This document shows positions 1-9,083 of a stretch of DNA of 64,000 nucleotides, one piece after another. Made by a program: the position numbers and the translations under genes. The stretch's first letter is position 1. Each line of letters begins with the position of its first letter. This DNA comes from an uncultured Acidimicrobiaceae bacterium (GTDB lineage: Bacteria > Actinomycetota > Acidimicrobiia > Acidimicrobiales > RAAP-2), in NCBI GenBank assembly GCA_963849705.1, contig CAWKII010000001.1:89681-153680 (forward strand), written 5' to 3'. The notes below the pieces were generated by a model. It saw only the letters and a list, made by a program, of their open reading frames with translations. It did not search any database and was not told where the DNA came from.

Positions 1-405
1 TTGACCGACGTGAAGGAGGACCAACGGATCCTCGTAGGCCACTACCTTGGGCGTGACGATACCGGCGTTCGTGCGATAGGCCGCCTCCACCATGAGATGG
101 ACCGCGTCGGCTTCGAGGCGGACATCGTCGTGGCAGAAGAGGAAGAAGGCCGAGCCCTCGACCATTAAGGAGGCTTCGTTGCACGCTGCGCCGAAGCCCC
201 GATTCTCTTCGAGCAGTCGTACGAAGGCGTGGGGTGCGACGGCGGCGATGCGTTCGGCGACGAGCGGAGCGTCCCCGTTCGCGAGGACGAGCAGGCTCAG
301 TTCTTCGTAGTCCTGGCCCGCAAGGGAAGCGGCTGCCGCTTCAAGACCGGGCCCAGGACCGGTGGTAACGATGACGGCAACAACGGCCGGAGCACGAGAG
401 TCCAT
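1..405 (-). CDS. Glycosyltransferase family 2, 5' part (runs off the left edge; alternative GTG start at 459)
   Basis: Manual translation, not in the ORF track: MDSRAPAVVAVIVTTG...LLEENRGFGAACNEAS...FFLFCHDDVRLEADA...GIVTPKV. It has the GT2 NxGF motif and a DxD-like HDD, and is co-oriented with the upstream GT genes. Confidence 0.85.
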   Translation of the reverse strand, partial: MDSRAPAVVAVIVTTGPGPGLEAAAASLAGQDYEELSLLVLANGDAPLVAERIAAVAPHAFVRLLEENRGFGAACNEASLMVEGSAFFLFCHDDVRLEADAVHLMVEAAYRTNAGIVTPKVVAYEDPLVLLHVGQ

Positions 406-481
406 CAGTTCTTCAAGGCTAGTTGGCAGCGCCTGCAGCGTTGGGCGCCCCGCGTCCACAAAGACGCGTTGCAGATAATTT

Positions 482-1384
482 TTACCGTTCGCGCCGTCGT
501 TCTTCGAGATCGCTGACAATATCGTCGAGCGACACGTGCAGCGCAATCTGCGGTGCCCAACCGGTGGCTTGGTGAAGTTTGTCGTAGCTGCCGCGTGACA
601 CGGGTAGATCAACCGGGCGAAGCAGCGACGGATCGACCACGAGCTCGACGTGTGGCGCTAATCGCGCGACGAGTTGGTGAGCGATATCGAGGAGTGCAAC
701 GTCGTGGCCGGAGGCCACGTTGTAGACCTCGCCCGAGACGCCGAGCGTCGCGAGCAGGCGGTACGCGCGCACCACGTCGCGCACGTCGCTGAAGTCGCGG
801 CGAGTCGACAGGTCCCCGACCAGGATGCTCCCTTCGCCACGATCGCGTGCGTCTAAGAGCCGGCTCACCAGGGCCGGCACCACGAAGTTCGGCGACTGGC
901 CGGGACCGAGATGGTTGAACGGTCGAGCGACGATGACGCGTTGGCCACGAAACCGCGCCGCGTCACGCGCGACTCGCTCCGCCTCGACCTTGCTGGAGGA
1001 GTAGGGGTTGGCCGGCGCCACCCGGAACGACTCACGCAGCGGCTGATCCTCTTCTCGCGAGATGCCATAGACCTCCGAAGAGCTCACCACGATCGTGGTC
1101 GAGTCCGGCACCGCCTCAAACGACGCGTCGAGCACCCTTTGGGTTCCCACCACGTTGACGCGCGTGAACTCGCTCGCGTTCTCCCACGACTCTCCGACGT
1201 GCGTGAGGGCGGCCAAGTGATACGTGACGTCGGGAAGAAACCACTCGAAGACCTCGCGCATGCTGCGCGCGTCCGTCACGTCGTGCTCGCGATCTATACC
1301 GTGCACGTCGTCGCCGTTATCACGCAGGTGACGAAGGAGGTGGTGCGCGACGAAGCCGTCCGACCCGGTGACCAGGGCTCTCAC
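482..1384 (-). CDS. Extended SDR, GDP-4-keto-6-deoxy-D-mannose reductase (Rmd)-like / GDP-mannose dehydratase family
   Basis: RALVTGSDGFVA Rossmann motif, SSSEVYG, PYSSSK (YxxxK) and RPFNHLGPGQ. The GTG start at 1384 overlaps the upstream stop (GTGA), so the ORF-track N-terminal extension is spurious. Confidence 0.8.
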   Translation of the reverse strand: MRALVTGSDGFVAHHLLRHLRDNGDDVHGIDREHDVTDARSMREVFEWFLPDVTYHLAALTHVGESWENASEFTRVNVVGTQRVLDASFEAVPDSTTIVVSSSEVYGISREEDQPLRESFRVAPANPYSSSKVEAERVARDAARFRGQRVIVARPFNHLGPGQSPNFVVPALVSRLLDARDRGEGSILVGDLSTRRDFSDVRDVVRAYRLLATLGVSGEVYNVASGHDVALLDIAHQLVARLAPHVELVVDPSLLRPVDLPVSRGSYDKLHQATGWAPQIALHVSLDDIVSDLEERRRER

Positions 1385-2508
1385 GAGTACTCCAGCGCCT
1401 CTCGGTAGGCCACCAGGTGTTGATCGACGCAGGCGTCCCACGTGAAGCGCTCGGCCCGTGTTCGAGCGCGTTCGGCGATAGCGATACGTTCGTCGTGGCC
1501 TTCGTTGAGTCCTTCGAGCAGCGACGTCGCGAGGGCCGTGGCGTCGCCAATGGGCACCAGCCGGGCCGCGCCCGAGGCGACCTCGGCCATCACGGTTCCG
1601 TCGGTCGTCACCACCGACGCGCCACAGGCCATCGCTTCGACGACGGGAAGACCGAAGCCCTCTCCCCGCGACGGGTAAGCCACCACGCGTGCTCGCCGGT
1701 AGAGCGCCGGAAGGGCGTCGTCGTCGACGAAACCAAGACGACGGACGCGCCCTTTGAAGGGATGCTCCTCGAGTTGAGTCACGAAGGGCCCCGTCCCCCA
1801 CCCGGCTTGGCCCGCGAGCCACAGCTCGACGTCGCGGTCTTCGCGGGCCACTTCCGCGAAGGCTTCTAACAGCACATCGAGACCCTTCCTCGGTTCCGCG
1901 GTGCCCACGAATAAGACGTACGGGACATCGGCGTTCAGTGAGTGACGACGAAGGGTGCTCTCGTCATCGACGTCGCGAGGTTGAAAGTGCTCAAGATCGA
2001 CCCCGAGGGGAGCGACGACAATGGGCGCGTGGGCTGGCAGAATCTCCTCGAGCAGGCGGGCACTAAAGGCACTCACCAGCACCAATACTCGCGCGTGTTG
2101 CGAGGCGAAGGTGATGGCCCGACGAAAGAACGTCACCTTCGTTCGCTCGTGCCACTCGGGGTTGGTAAAGAAGGTCAGGTCGTGAATCGTTACGACGGTG
2201 GGGGTCGATCCCCGTCGGGGCATCGTGTAGTGCGGTCCGTGCCAGAGCTCGACGTCGCGCGAGGTCTGGCTCGTTCCGAGAACCCACGCCTCGTAGGTCA
2301 GCCTCGCCGCGCGCGCGTTGGGCACGATGTTCGCCAAAGTTGAGTGTGGCGAGCGCTCGCGCCAACGTTGTGCGTCATCACGTCGGGTCACCAGTGTCGT
2401 ATCGAGTCCTCGCTCGGGCAGTCGTATCGCCAGCTCGGAGATGTACCGTCCGGCGCCCGCGATGCGCGGGGGAACGGCCGACACGTCAAGGGCGACTTTC
2501 ACTGCCAT
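1381..2508 (-). CDS. Glycosyltransferase family 4
   Basis: VVTIHDLTF, FVGTAEPRKG and YPSRGEGFGLPVVEAMACG (intact E-x7-E). Start is ATG 2508 or GTG 2502. Confidence 0.9.
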   Translation of the reverse strand: MAVKVALDVSAVPPRIAGAGRYISELAIRLPERGLDTTLVTRRDDAQRWRERSPHSTLANIVPNARAARLTYEAWVLGTSQTSRDVELWHGPHYTMPRRGSTPTVVTIHDLTFFTNPEWHERTKVTFFRRAITFASQHARVLVLVSAFSARLLEEILPAHAPIVVAPLGVDLEHFQPRDVDDESTLRRHSLNADVPYVLFVGTAEPRKGLDVLLEAFAEVAREDRDVELWLAGQAGWGTGPFVTQLEEHPFKGRVRRLGFVDDDALPALYRRARVVAYPSRGEGFGLPVVEAMACGASVVTTDGTVMAEVASGAARLVPIGDATALATSLLEGLNEGHDERIAIAERARTRAERFTWDACVDQHLVAYREALEYS

Positions 2509-3572
2509 CCTTTGAGGTGGTCGAGCGCGACGTTTCGCCACGTCAGAGCCGCCACGCTCGCACGACGCCGCTCACGAGCGACGTCGTCGTTCTCGAGCGT
2601 GAGCGACGTGGCGAGTCCGGCGGCGATTGAGTCGACGTCCGAGGGATCCACGAGCACTACTTCTGAGTTATCGGTCACGCTCGGTGTGGTCACGCTAGCC
2701 ACGACGCGCGCTCCCTCGCGCAGTGCTTCGACCGGCGGCAGTCCCCACCCTTCGGCCCTCGGCACGTAGGCGACCACCGTCGCGTCGCGGTAGAGGCCCT
2801 TCAACATCGAACGCGACACCGATCCCAGCACCACGGCATCGGCGCTGTCCACGCGGCCCCAGCCGGAGGGGCCGACCAACACCAGTGGACCGAGCTCGGC
2901 ACCCTTCGAGCGCGCCTGCGCGTGTGCGGCGACAAGACGGTCCAGATTCTTGCGTGGCTCTCGCGTCCCGGCGTAGAGCGTGAAGGGGCCCGACACTCCT
3001 CGCGCTTCGAGCGCGTCTCGTACCTCGCGGCCGCTGGCACCGACCGTCTCGTCGTCGACGCCGAGACGGACGTCGTGCAGTCGCGATTCGTTGAAACCAT
3101 CGGCGATCAGGCGTGAACGCAAGCCCGGTGCGGCGCAGAAGAGTCGTACGTCTCGATTTTTTAGCATCTCAAGTCGCCGCTCGTGATAGCGAACTCCCCG
3201 CGGGGTACTCGCTTCAGGCTCGTCGCGCCAGAGGAGGTCGTAGAGGGTGACCGAGTGCACGGCGTCGCCACGTCCCCCACTAAAGGGACCGGTGAGCGAC
3301 GTGGCGTGCACGACATCACTAGAGGACGGCACTCCCAAGGGCCAACGATCCCAGAGCAGTGTCAGTACCGCCAACGGCGCGGTGGTGACTCTCTGCAGCT
3401 TCAGATCCTCCACGTCGCGACTTGGCGCACCGCGCGGAACCACCCCGATGAGGCGAAACGACTCGTCTTGTAGCGAGTTCAGCCCCTTCACCAGACCACG
3501 AACGTAGGTGGCGATGCCCCCCGGTTGAGGTCGATAGAACTGATCAAGCGAGAGGGTGATCGTTCGCGTCAC
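2499..3572 (-). CDS. Glycosyltransferase family 4
   Basis: YAGTREPRKNL and PRAEGWGLPPVEALREG. GTG start overlaps the upstream stop. Confidence 0.88.
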   Translation of the reverse strand: MTRTITLSLDQFYRPQPGGIATYVRGLVKGLNSLQDESFRLIGVVPRGAPSRDVEDLKLQRVTTAPLAVLTLLWDRWPLGVPSSSDVVHATSLTGPFSGGRGDAVHSVTLYDLLWRDEPEASTPRGVRYHERRLEMLKNRDVRLFCAAPGLRSRLIADGFNESRLHDVRLGVDDETVGASGREVRDALEARGVSGPFTLYAGTREPRKNLDRLVAAHAQARSKGAELGPLVLVGPSGWGRVDSADAVVLGSVSRSMLKGLYRDATVVAYVPRAEGWGLPPVEALREGARVVASVTTPSVTDNSEVVLVDPSDVDSIAAGLATSLTLENDDVARERRRASVAALTWRNVALDHLKGWQ

Positions 3573-4579
3573 GCTCTCCAGCCTCGCACGACTTCTTGAT
3601 AGAGCGCGACGTAGGCGCGAGCCGCGGTGGCCGGGGCGAAGTCCTCGGCCCTCGACCGACCGGCCGCGATCACGATCGCACGACGCGACGGGCTCTCCCA
3701 CAGTTCATTGAGTAACGGGAGTACTTCATCGTCTCCCTCGGTCAACTCGGCCGCCCCGCTCAGGAGTTCGCGGTTGATGGTCGTGGCGCGCGCGATCGTC
3801 GGTACTCCCGCGGCTAAGGACGCGATGGCGAAGGAAGGGAACCGCGCGCCATCGGAGATGTGAAGTACGACGCGCGCCTCGCCGAGCGCGCGGCGTGCCT
3901 CGGAGCGTGGACACACAACCACGTCCAACCCCCGCGCACGAATCTGCTGAGCCACTTTCTGACTGGCCAGCGCTTCGACACTCGAACCGTGAGTCTGCGC
4001 GAAGCGAACCAGCTCCGGCGCCAGGCGAAGGAAGGGTTTCACCACGCCCGTTAAGTTCACGACCAACTTCGTCCCCTCACGTGTGGGTTCCACCAACGGC
4101 ACCGCGGGCGGGACCACCGCGATGCGTGTGGGCGCGACGTCCAACACCCGTCTCACTTCGCGGCTGGCGCTGCGCGTTGACGCCACGAGTGTGGCGCCGT
4201 GACGAACCGCTCGGCGAAGCTGCGTGATGCGCAGGTACTCGCGTGACTCTCCCCGCAGGGGCCGCAGATCGTCCACGGAGACGATGAGCGGCGCCGACTT
4301 GGTCGGCGGTGTGGCGCGCCCCGCGACGTGCACCACGTCGACATCTCCGAGGAGTCGATCGAGCGAGGGGCCGACGCCGCGACGCCAGAGCGGGGTCCAC
4401 AGCGGTCGCAAGGCGATGCGTGCGTCACCGGGTGAGATGGGTGCCGATCCGGAGTGAAAGCGGAGCAACTCGCACCCGCCCGTCGCGTCGATCGCGTCGG
4501 CCAGGTCGTTCATAGAGTTACCGAGTGACTCTAAAGAGCCATCAAGGTCGAGGGCTACCCGAGGAATGCCCGGGCTCAC
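3569..4579 (-). CDS. GT-B/GT4-like protein with degenerate catalytic motif
   Basis: DVVHVAG, LIVSVDDLRPL and VASTRS resemble the GT4 N-terminal domain. The C-terminal ISDGARFPSFAIASLAAGVP aligns with the EGFGLPxxEA motif but lacks both Glu residues. Confidence 0.65.
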   Translation of the reverse strand: MSPGIPRVALDLDGSLESLGNSMNDLADAIDATGGCELLRFHSGSAPISPGDARIALRPLWTPLWRRGVGPSLDRLLGDVDVVHVAGRATPPTKSAPLIVSVDDLRPLRGESREYLRITQLRRAVRHGATLVASTRSASREVRRVLDVAPTRIAVVPPAVPLVEPTREGTKLVVNLTGVVKPFLRLAPELVRFAQTHGSSVEALASQKVAQQIRARGLDVVVCPRSEARRALGEARVVLHISDGARFPSFAIASLAAGVPTIARATTINRELLSGAAELTEGDDEVLPLLNELWESPSRRAIVIAAGRSRAEDFAPATAARAYVALYQEVVRGWRA

Positions 4580-5385
4580 GTAGCCAGGGCCAACGCCCGC
4601 TGGGCACTGGTCCACTCGGGCCACAGTTTGAGCGCCCAAGCTCCAAAAGGTTCGCTACTGGTGGCCACCAGGGCGATCCCCTCGTCGGCGTTGAGCAGCA
4701 TCATCGAACCGCTCAGACCGAAGTGACCGAAGCTGGTCGCCGGCCAGTCGCCCATCCAATGTCGCTTCTCGCCACGTACCTCAGGACCGATCCCCCACGG
4801 ACAGGGGGTGAATCGGCCAAAGCCGGGCACGATGCCCGCTAGATCGGGCAGGTAGGGGCGGATTAGTCGGTCCCGTGTCGGTCGCGCGATCCCGTCGCAG
4901 CGCAGCCACGCGATCGCCAGGGTGGCGAGGTCTTCGGTAGATCCACTCACCCCCGCCGCGGGGCGTCCGACCAATGACGTCGCAGAGAGCCCGAGCGGTT
5001 CGAAGACCCGATAGGACAGCCACTCGGCCGCGTCGTTATCTCCCACGATGGCCTCGACGGCACGGTCGTAGCCGTAGTTGGAGTAGACCCGCTTGGTGGC
5101 AATGGGAACGACCGGGTCACTCTCTTCGAGCCCCAGGCCGCTCGAGTGCGACAGCAGATGGGCGAAGGTGGCACCGTGCGGCCCCACCTGCTCGTCGTAG
5201 GAGTGCAGTTCCCAATCGACTTCAACACCGAAGGCCATCGCCACCGTCATCTTCGACACCGAGGCCCAGGGTCGTACCTCATCGAGGTCGCCGTACTCGT
5301 TGATCCGAAGCGCGCTCCCACCCTCCAGGCGCAAGGCGATGTACGACGGTGAGCCGGGCCAGTCACTAGCGGCGTCGTTACTCAC
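4576..5385 (-). CDS. Serine hydrolase, beta-lactamase/class C-like family
   Basis: WASVSK (SxxK), LLSHSSG, VYSNYGY (YxN) and SFGHFG. Start is GTG 5385 or 5388. Confidence 0.85.
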   Translation of the reverse strand: MSNDAASDWPGSPSYIALRLEGGSALRINEYGDLDEVRPWASVSKMTVAMAFGVEVDWELHSYDEQVGPHGATFAHLLSHSSGLGLEESDPVVPIATKRVYSNYGYDRAVEAIVGDNDAAEWLSYRVFEPLGLSATSLVGRPAAGVSGSTEDLATLAIAWLRCDGIARPTRDRLIRPYLPDLAGIVPGFGRFTPCPWGIGPEVRGEKRHWMGDWPATSFGHFGLSGSMMLLNADEGIALVATSSEPFGAWALKLWPEWTSAQRALALAT

Positions 5386-5422
5386 CACCCGATGATACCT
5401 ATGCGCCTCTAAGGTTTCGGAG

Positions 5423-6337
5423 GTGATAACGGTTCTCAGCGGAGGGGTCGGGGCGGCTCGACTGCTGCACGCACTCAGCGGCGTCCATGATCCTTCGGAC
5501 TTCACCGCCGTCGTCAACGTGGGCGACGACTTGGTTCTCCATGGTCTGACCATCTGTCCCGACTTGGACACCATCACCTACACCCTCGCGGGACTCAACA
5601 ACGAAGAGCTCGGCTGGGGACTAAACGGAGAGACCTGGCGGGTGATGAGCGAACTCGAAGCCCTCGGGGGCGAAGCGTGGTTTCGACTGGGCGACCGCGA
5701 CCTCGCGACGCACCTCTATCGCACGCAGCGTCTACACGACGGCGCCACCAAGACACAGGTCACCGCTGAGTTAGCGAAGCACCACGGCCTTCGGGTGACA
5801 ATCCTGCCCGTGACCGACGACCCACTCTCGACGGAGTTCCTCACCGACGAAGGGAGGCTCTCCTTTCAGGAGTACTTCGTCCACCGCCACCACGACGTCA
5901 CCGTTCAATCGATTACCTTCGTCGGCGCGGAGGACGCCCGGCCGACGGAGGAGGTAACTGAGGCCCTGCGTGACGCCACTCGTCTGGTGATCGCCCCGTC
6001 CAATCCCCTGATCTCCATCGATCCCATCCTCCACGTTCCCGGAGTGCGGGCGGCCCTTCGCTCTCGATCAGACGACGTCGTCGCGATCTCGCCGATCATC
6101 GCGGGTGCGGCCTTGAAGGGTCCGGCCGATCGCCTCTTGCGTGAACTCGGCCACGACAGCAGCGTCCTCGGGGTCGTCGATTTCTACGAGGGACTTGTCG
6201 GCACGTGGATCATTGATGAGGCCGACGCCTCGCTCGCCGGGGACATTCGCGCCCGAGGCCCGCGCGTCGTGGTGACGACCACCGTGATGGCCGAGCCCCA
6301 GAACGCCCTGCGCCTGGCCGCGGCGGTGCTGGCGTGA
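5423..6337 (+). CDS. cofD: 2-phospho-L-lactate/PEP-guanylate transferase (F420 biosynthesis, CofD/FbiA)
   Basis: VLSGGVGAARL, VNVGDD, ICPDLDTITYTLAG, WFRLGDRDLATH, FQEYFV, IAPSNPLISIDPI and ALKGPA. Confidence 0.95.
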   Translation: MITVLSGGVGAARLLHALSGVHDPSDFTAVVNVGDDLVLHGLTICPDLDTITYTLAGLNNEELGWGLNGETWRVMSELEALGGEAWFRLGDRDLATHLYRTQRLHDGATKTQVTAELAKHHGLRVTILPVTDDPLSTEFLTDEGRLSFQEYFVHRHHDVTVQSITFVGAEDARPTEEVTEALRDATRLVIAPSNPLISIDPILHVPGVRAALRSRSDDVVAISPIIAGAALKGPADRLLRELGHDSSVLGVVDFYEGLVGTWIIDEADASLAGDIRARGPRVVVTTTVMAEPQNALRLAAAVLA

Positions 6338-7044
6338 GCGAACTTCGCCTGGTGGCTCTGGCGTCACGGACGACGGTCCAAAAAGGTGACGACCTCGTCG
6401 CGCTATTTCTGACCGCGCTCGAAGAGGCCGGCGAAGAGTTGCGTCACCACGACCTGGTCGTCGTGACGAGCAAAGTGGTCTCGAAATCTGAGGGCCAGGT
6501 CGTTCCCTACGACGGAAGCGACGACGACAAAGTGCGCATCGTAGAAGGTGAGTCGGTGCGCGTCCTTCGTCGTCGCGGCACGCTGCGCATCACCGAAACT
6601 CGCCACGGGTTCATCAACGCCAACGCCGGAGTCGATCTCTCGAACACCGACGACGGCACGGCGGTGCTGCTGCCGAAGGACCCAGATCGATCGGCCCGGC
6701 GCCTGCGAAGCGAAATCGCACGACGAACCGGCCTCGACGTGGCCACGTTGATCACCGACACCTTTGGTCGAGTGTGGCGTCAAGGGGTGACCGACGTCGC
6801 GCTCGGATCGGCGGGCCTTCGGCCCGTGTTGGATCTGCGCGGCACGACGGACGCCAACGGTCGACTGCTCGAGGCCACGGAAGTGGCCATCGCCGACGAG
6901 ATCGCGGGCGCCGCGAACCTCGTCTTGCACAAAGCGGCGGCCACCCCCTTCGCCTTGGTACGAGGGCTCGATGAGTCCTTCTTTGGGCCCGGGTCGGTCA
7001 ACGAAAATATCGTGCGCTCGAAGAACGACGACCTCTTTCGCTGA
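6334..7044 (+). CDS. cofE: Coenzyme F420-0:L-glutamate ligase, single domain
   Basis: VVTSKVVSKSEG, ANAGVDLSN, LLPKDPDRSA, ITDTFGRVWRQG and IADEIAGAA. GTGA overlap with cofD. Confidence 0.93.
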   Translation: MSELRLVALASRTTVQKGDDLVALFLTALEEAGEELRHHDLVVVTSKVVSKSEGQVVPYDGSDDDKVRIVEGESVRVLRRRGTLRITETRHGFINANAGVDLSNTDDGTAVLLPKDPDRSARRLRSEIARRTGLDVATLITDTFGRVWRQGVTDVALGSAGLRPVLDLRGTTDANGRLLEATEVAIADEIAGAANLVLHKAAATPFALVRGLDESFFGPGSVNENIVRSKNDDLFR

Positions 7045-8076
7045 TTAGACCCCGCCGAGTCGCACGTCGCCCGAGAGGCGCGAGTTCGCCGCCACGCGCT
7101 CCTTCGCTCCGACCACGCAGGTAGGACCGAGCACGGAACCCGTACCGATCACTGCCTCGGGCCCGATGATGGACGAGCGAATCTCACATCCGCTCTGGAC
7201 GACGGCACCGGGTAGAAGCACGGAGTCCTCGATCACGACGTTCGCCCCGACGACGCATCCTCGGTCGACGACGGCGTTCTTCAGGGTGGACGTCGAGTCG
7301 ATGGTGGCAGTGCTGTCGCGCCACGAGCCGTTGACGATCCCTTGAAAGCTGTGTTGAGTGTTGTATCCCTTGAGGACGTCCACGTTGGCTTGGAGATAGT
7401 GCTGCGGTGTGCCCGTGTCCAGCCAGTACGACTCGTCACTCATAGCGAAGAGCTCTCTCGCCTCGGCCAGTTGGGGGAAGGTCTCGCGTTCCACGCTGAC
7501 TCGGCCGACGGCCGCGATGCGGTCGAGAGCCCGGGGCTCGAAGACGTAGGTGCCCGCGTTGATCTGATTGGTGGGCGCCTCGCCGGGCGGTGGCTTCTCC
7601 ACGAAAGCCAAGACCCGTCCGTCCAGCGACGTCGGCACCACGCCAAAGTGCGAAGGGTCCTCGACGGGATGCAGCGCAATCGTGGCTTCCCCACCGTGAG
7701 AGCGGTGAAACTCTAGGAGTTTGGTCACGTCGAGACTCGTCACGACATCGCCATTGACGACCAGAAAGGTCTCCTCGACGTGGGCTTCACCGGCGGCAAA
7801 GCGGATGGCTCCGGCCGTGTCGAGAGGCTCGGACTCCACCGCGTACGTCACCCGCACGCCGGAGATCACGTCGGCGGGATAGGCCTCGGTGAATCGATCG
7901 GGCAGATAGCCCAGTGAGAGGACAGCGTCGGTGACACCGTGACGAGCGAGCGCTTCGAGGACGCACTCGATCATGGGCACCCCGACGAGGGGCAACATCT
8001 GCTTAGGGGTCTCGTAGGTCAGAGGTCGCAGGCGCGTTCCCATGCCCCCGACCAGAATGACCGCCTGCAACCTCAA
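7045..8076 (-). CDS. NDP-sugar pyrophosphorylase, probable mannose-1-phosphate guanylyltransferase with C-terminal hexapeptide repeats
   Basis: ILVGGMGTRLRPLT..PKQMLP, EPLDTAGAI, NGDV, FVEKP, INAGTY, WLDTGTP and an LbH tail. Confidence 0.85.
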   Translation of the reverse strand: MRLQAVILVGGMGTRLRPLTYETPKQMLPLVGVPMIECVLEALARHGVTDAVLSLGYLPDRFTEAYPADVISGVRVTYAVESEPLDTAGAIRFAAGEAHVEETFLVVNGDVVTSLDVTKLLEFHRSHGGEATIALHPVEDPSHFGVVPTSLDGRVLAFVEKPPPGEAPTNQINAGTYVFEPRALDRIAAVGRVSVERETFPQLAEARELFAMSDESYWLDTGTPQHYLQANVDVLKGYNTQHSFQGIVNGSWRDSTATIDSTSTLKNAVVDRGCVVGANVVIEDSVLLPGAVVQSGCEIRSSIIGPEAVIGTGSVLGPTCVVGAKERVAANSRLSGDVRLGGV

Positions 8077-8879
8077 CCCTTCGTGGTAGTGGTTGTACTC
8101 GCGGTGGTGGTGGTCGTGGTCGGTGAGTTGCTCGGCCCGGCGGTCGTCGTGGTGGTGGGTAACGTGGTCGTCGTGGTGGTCGTCGGCGTCACGGTGTCGT
8201 AGACCATCTGGTTGTCGGTCGCCTTCGTGGGTGGAGTGGGCACGACGCCCGTGGGCTCGAAGGCCGCGGTGACGCGGATCTCTTTGGAGAACTTGATCTT
8301 CGCCGGGTTGGTCGTGATGGTGGGCGTCTTTTGCGCGAACGAGGTCCAGTAGGCGTACTCCACCTTGCCGGTCTTACCGGCGTCCGGCGTTCCCGCCGCA
8401 CACGTATCGCCGTTCTTGTAGGTCGTCTTGGGGTTGGCGGTGCCCTTGGCGGTGGGAACGGCGATCTCCGTCTTGCTCAGGGTGAGGCCCTCGTACTCGC
8501 TGGCGAACGTCTTCAAGGTCGCGTTATTGCCCGCGTCGGCGGACGAGGTCGGGCTGAGTCGCACCACATCGTCCGGTCCGACAATGAAACCGATGCCGGC
8601 GCTCGGATCGGATGTCAGATACGGCAGCGTCTTGCCACAGGCCTGAATCGAGAGTCCCGCGTAGAGGATGGATCCGATCTTGGGCGCCACGGTGGCGGCC
8701 GCGGACTTTTTTACGGGATTCTGGTACTCGTAGCGCGAGTAGATAGTGGCCGCTAGCCCCAAAACCACGATGACGGCCAGGATTCCGTAGTAGTTGGCGG
8801 GACGCGCCTTTCGGTAGGTCTTGCCACCGCCCGCGGCCCCAACTCTACTGACCCATTTTCCGGAGTTGCTCTTAGCCAC
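8073..8879 (-). CDS. Hypothetical membrane-anchored exported protein with Thr-rich C-terminal tail
   Basis: Basic N-terminus, one TM segment (YYGILAVIVVLGLAATIY), two Cys and a poly-Thr tail. TAACGT -10 lies 6 nt before the GTG. Confidence 0.75.
   Translation of the reverse strand: MAKSNSGKWVSRVGAAGGGKTYRKARPANYYGILAVIVVLGLAATIYSRYEYQNPVKKSAAATVAPKIGSILYAGLSIQACGKTLPYLTSDPSAGIGFIVGPDDVVRLSPTSSADAGNNATLKTFASEYEGLTLSKTEIAVPTAKGTANPKTTYKNGDTCAAGTPDAGKTGKVEYAYWTSFAQKTPTITTNPAKIKFSKEIRVTAAFEPTGVVPTPPTKATDNQMVYDTVTPTTTTTTTLPTTTTTAGPSNSPTTTTTTASTTTTTKG
8080..8195 (-). repeat. Low-complexity ACN-codon run encoding poly-Thr
   Basis: gtggtggtggtcgtggtc-type runs on the + strand translate to TTTTTTTLPTTTTT...TTTTTTASTTTTT. 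Confidence 0.85.
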
Positions 8880-8919
8880 CCTGCAACGTTACTAAATATC
8901 GTGAAGGACTCCGGCTGCG

Positions 8920-8993
8920 TAGGGGCGAAGGGACTCGAACCCTCACTGGAGGCGGTTTAAGCGCCCTGCCTCTGCCAATTGGGCTACGCCCCC
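8920..8993 (-). tRNA. tRNA-Leu(UAA), short variable loop, CCA not encoded
   Basis: Reverse complement folds as a cloverleaf: acceptor GGGGGCG/CGCCCCT plus A73, anticodon stem GGGCG/CGCCT with loop CTTAAAC, T-arm GAGGG-TTCGAGT-CCCTT. Confidence 0.93.
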
Positions 8994-9083
8994 TCGCAGA
9001 AGAGTCGCGTTGTAACGCTAACGCAAAGTTAGGAATTACGTAAGCGTCCTATTTTGAAAGACCTCGATAACTAGGCTGGTTTT

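Noticed and set aside
1385-1822. Arg-rich N-terminal extensions given by the ORF track (also for ORFs ending at 2499, 4576, 27490, 28043, 33903 and 48293)
   Set aside because: They overlap the upstream genes out of frame. True starts are at the GTGA/ATGA overlaps or behind a clear RBS.
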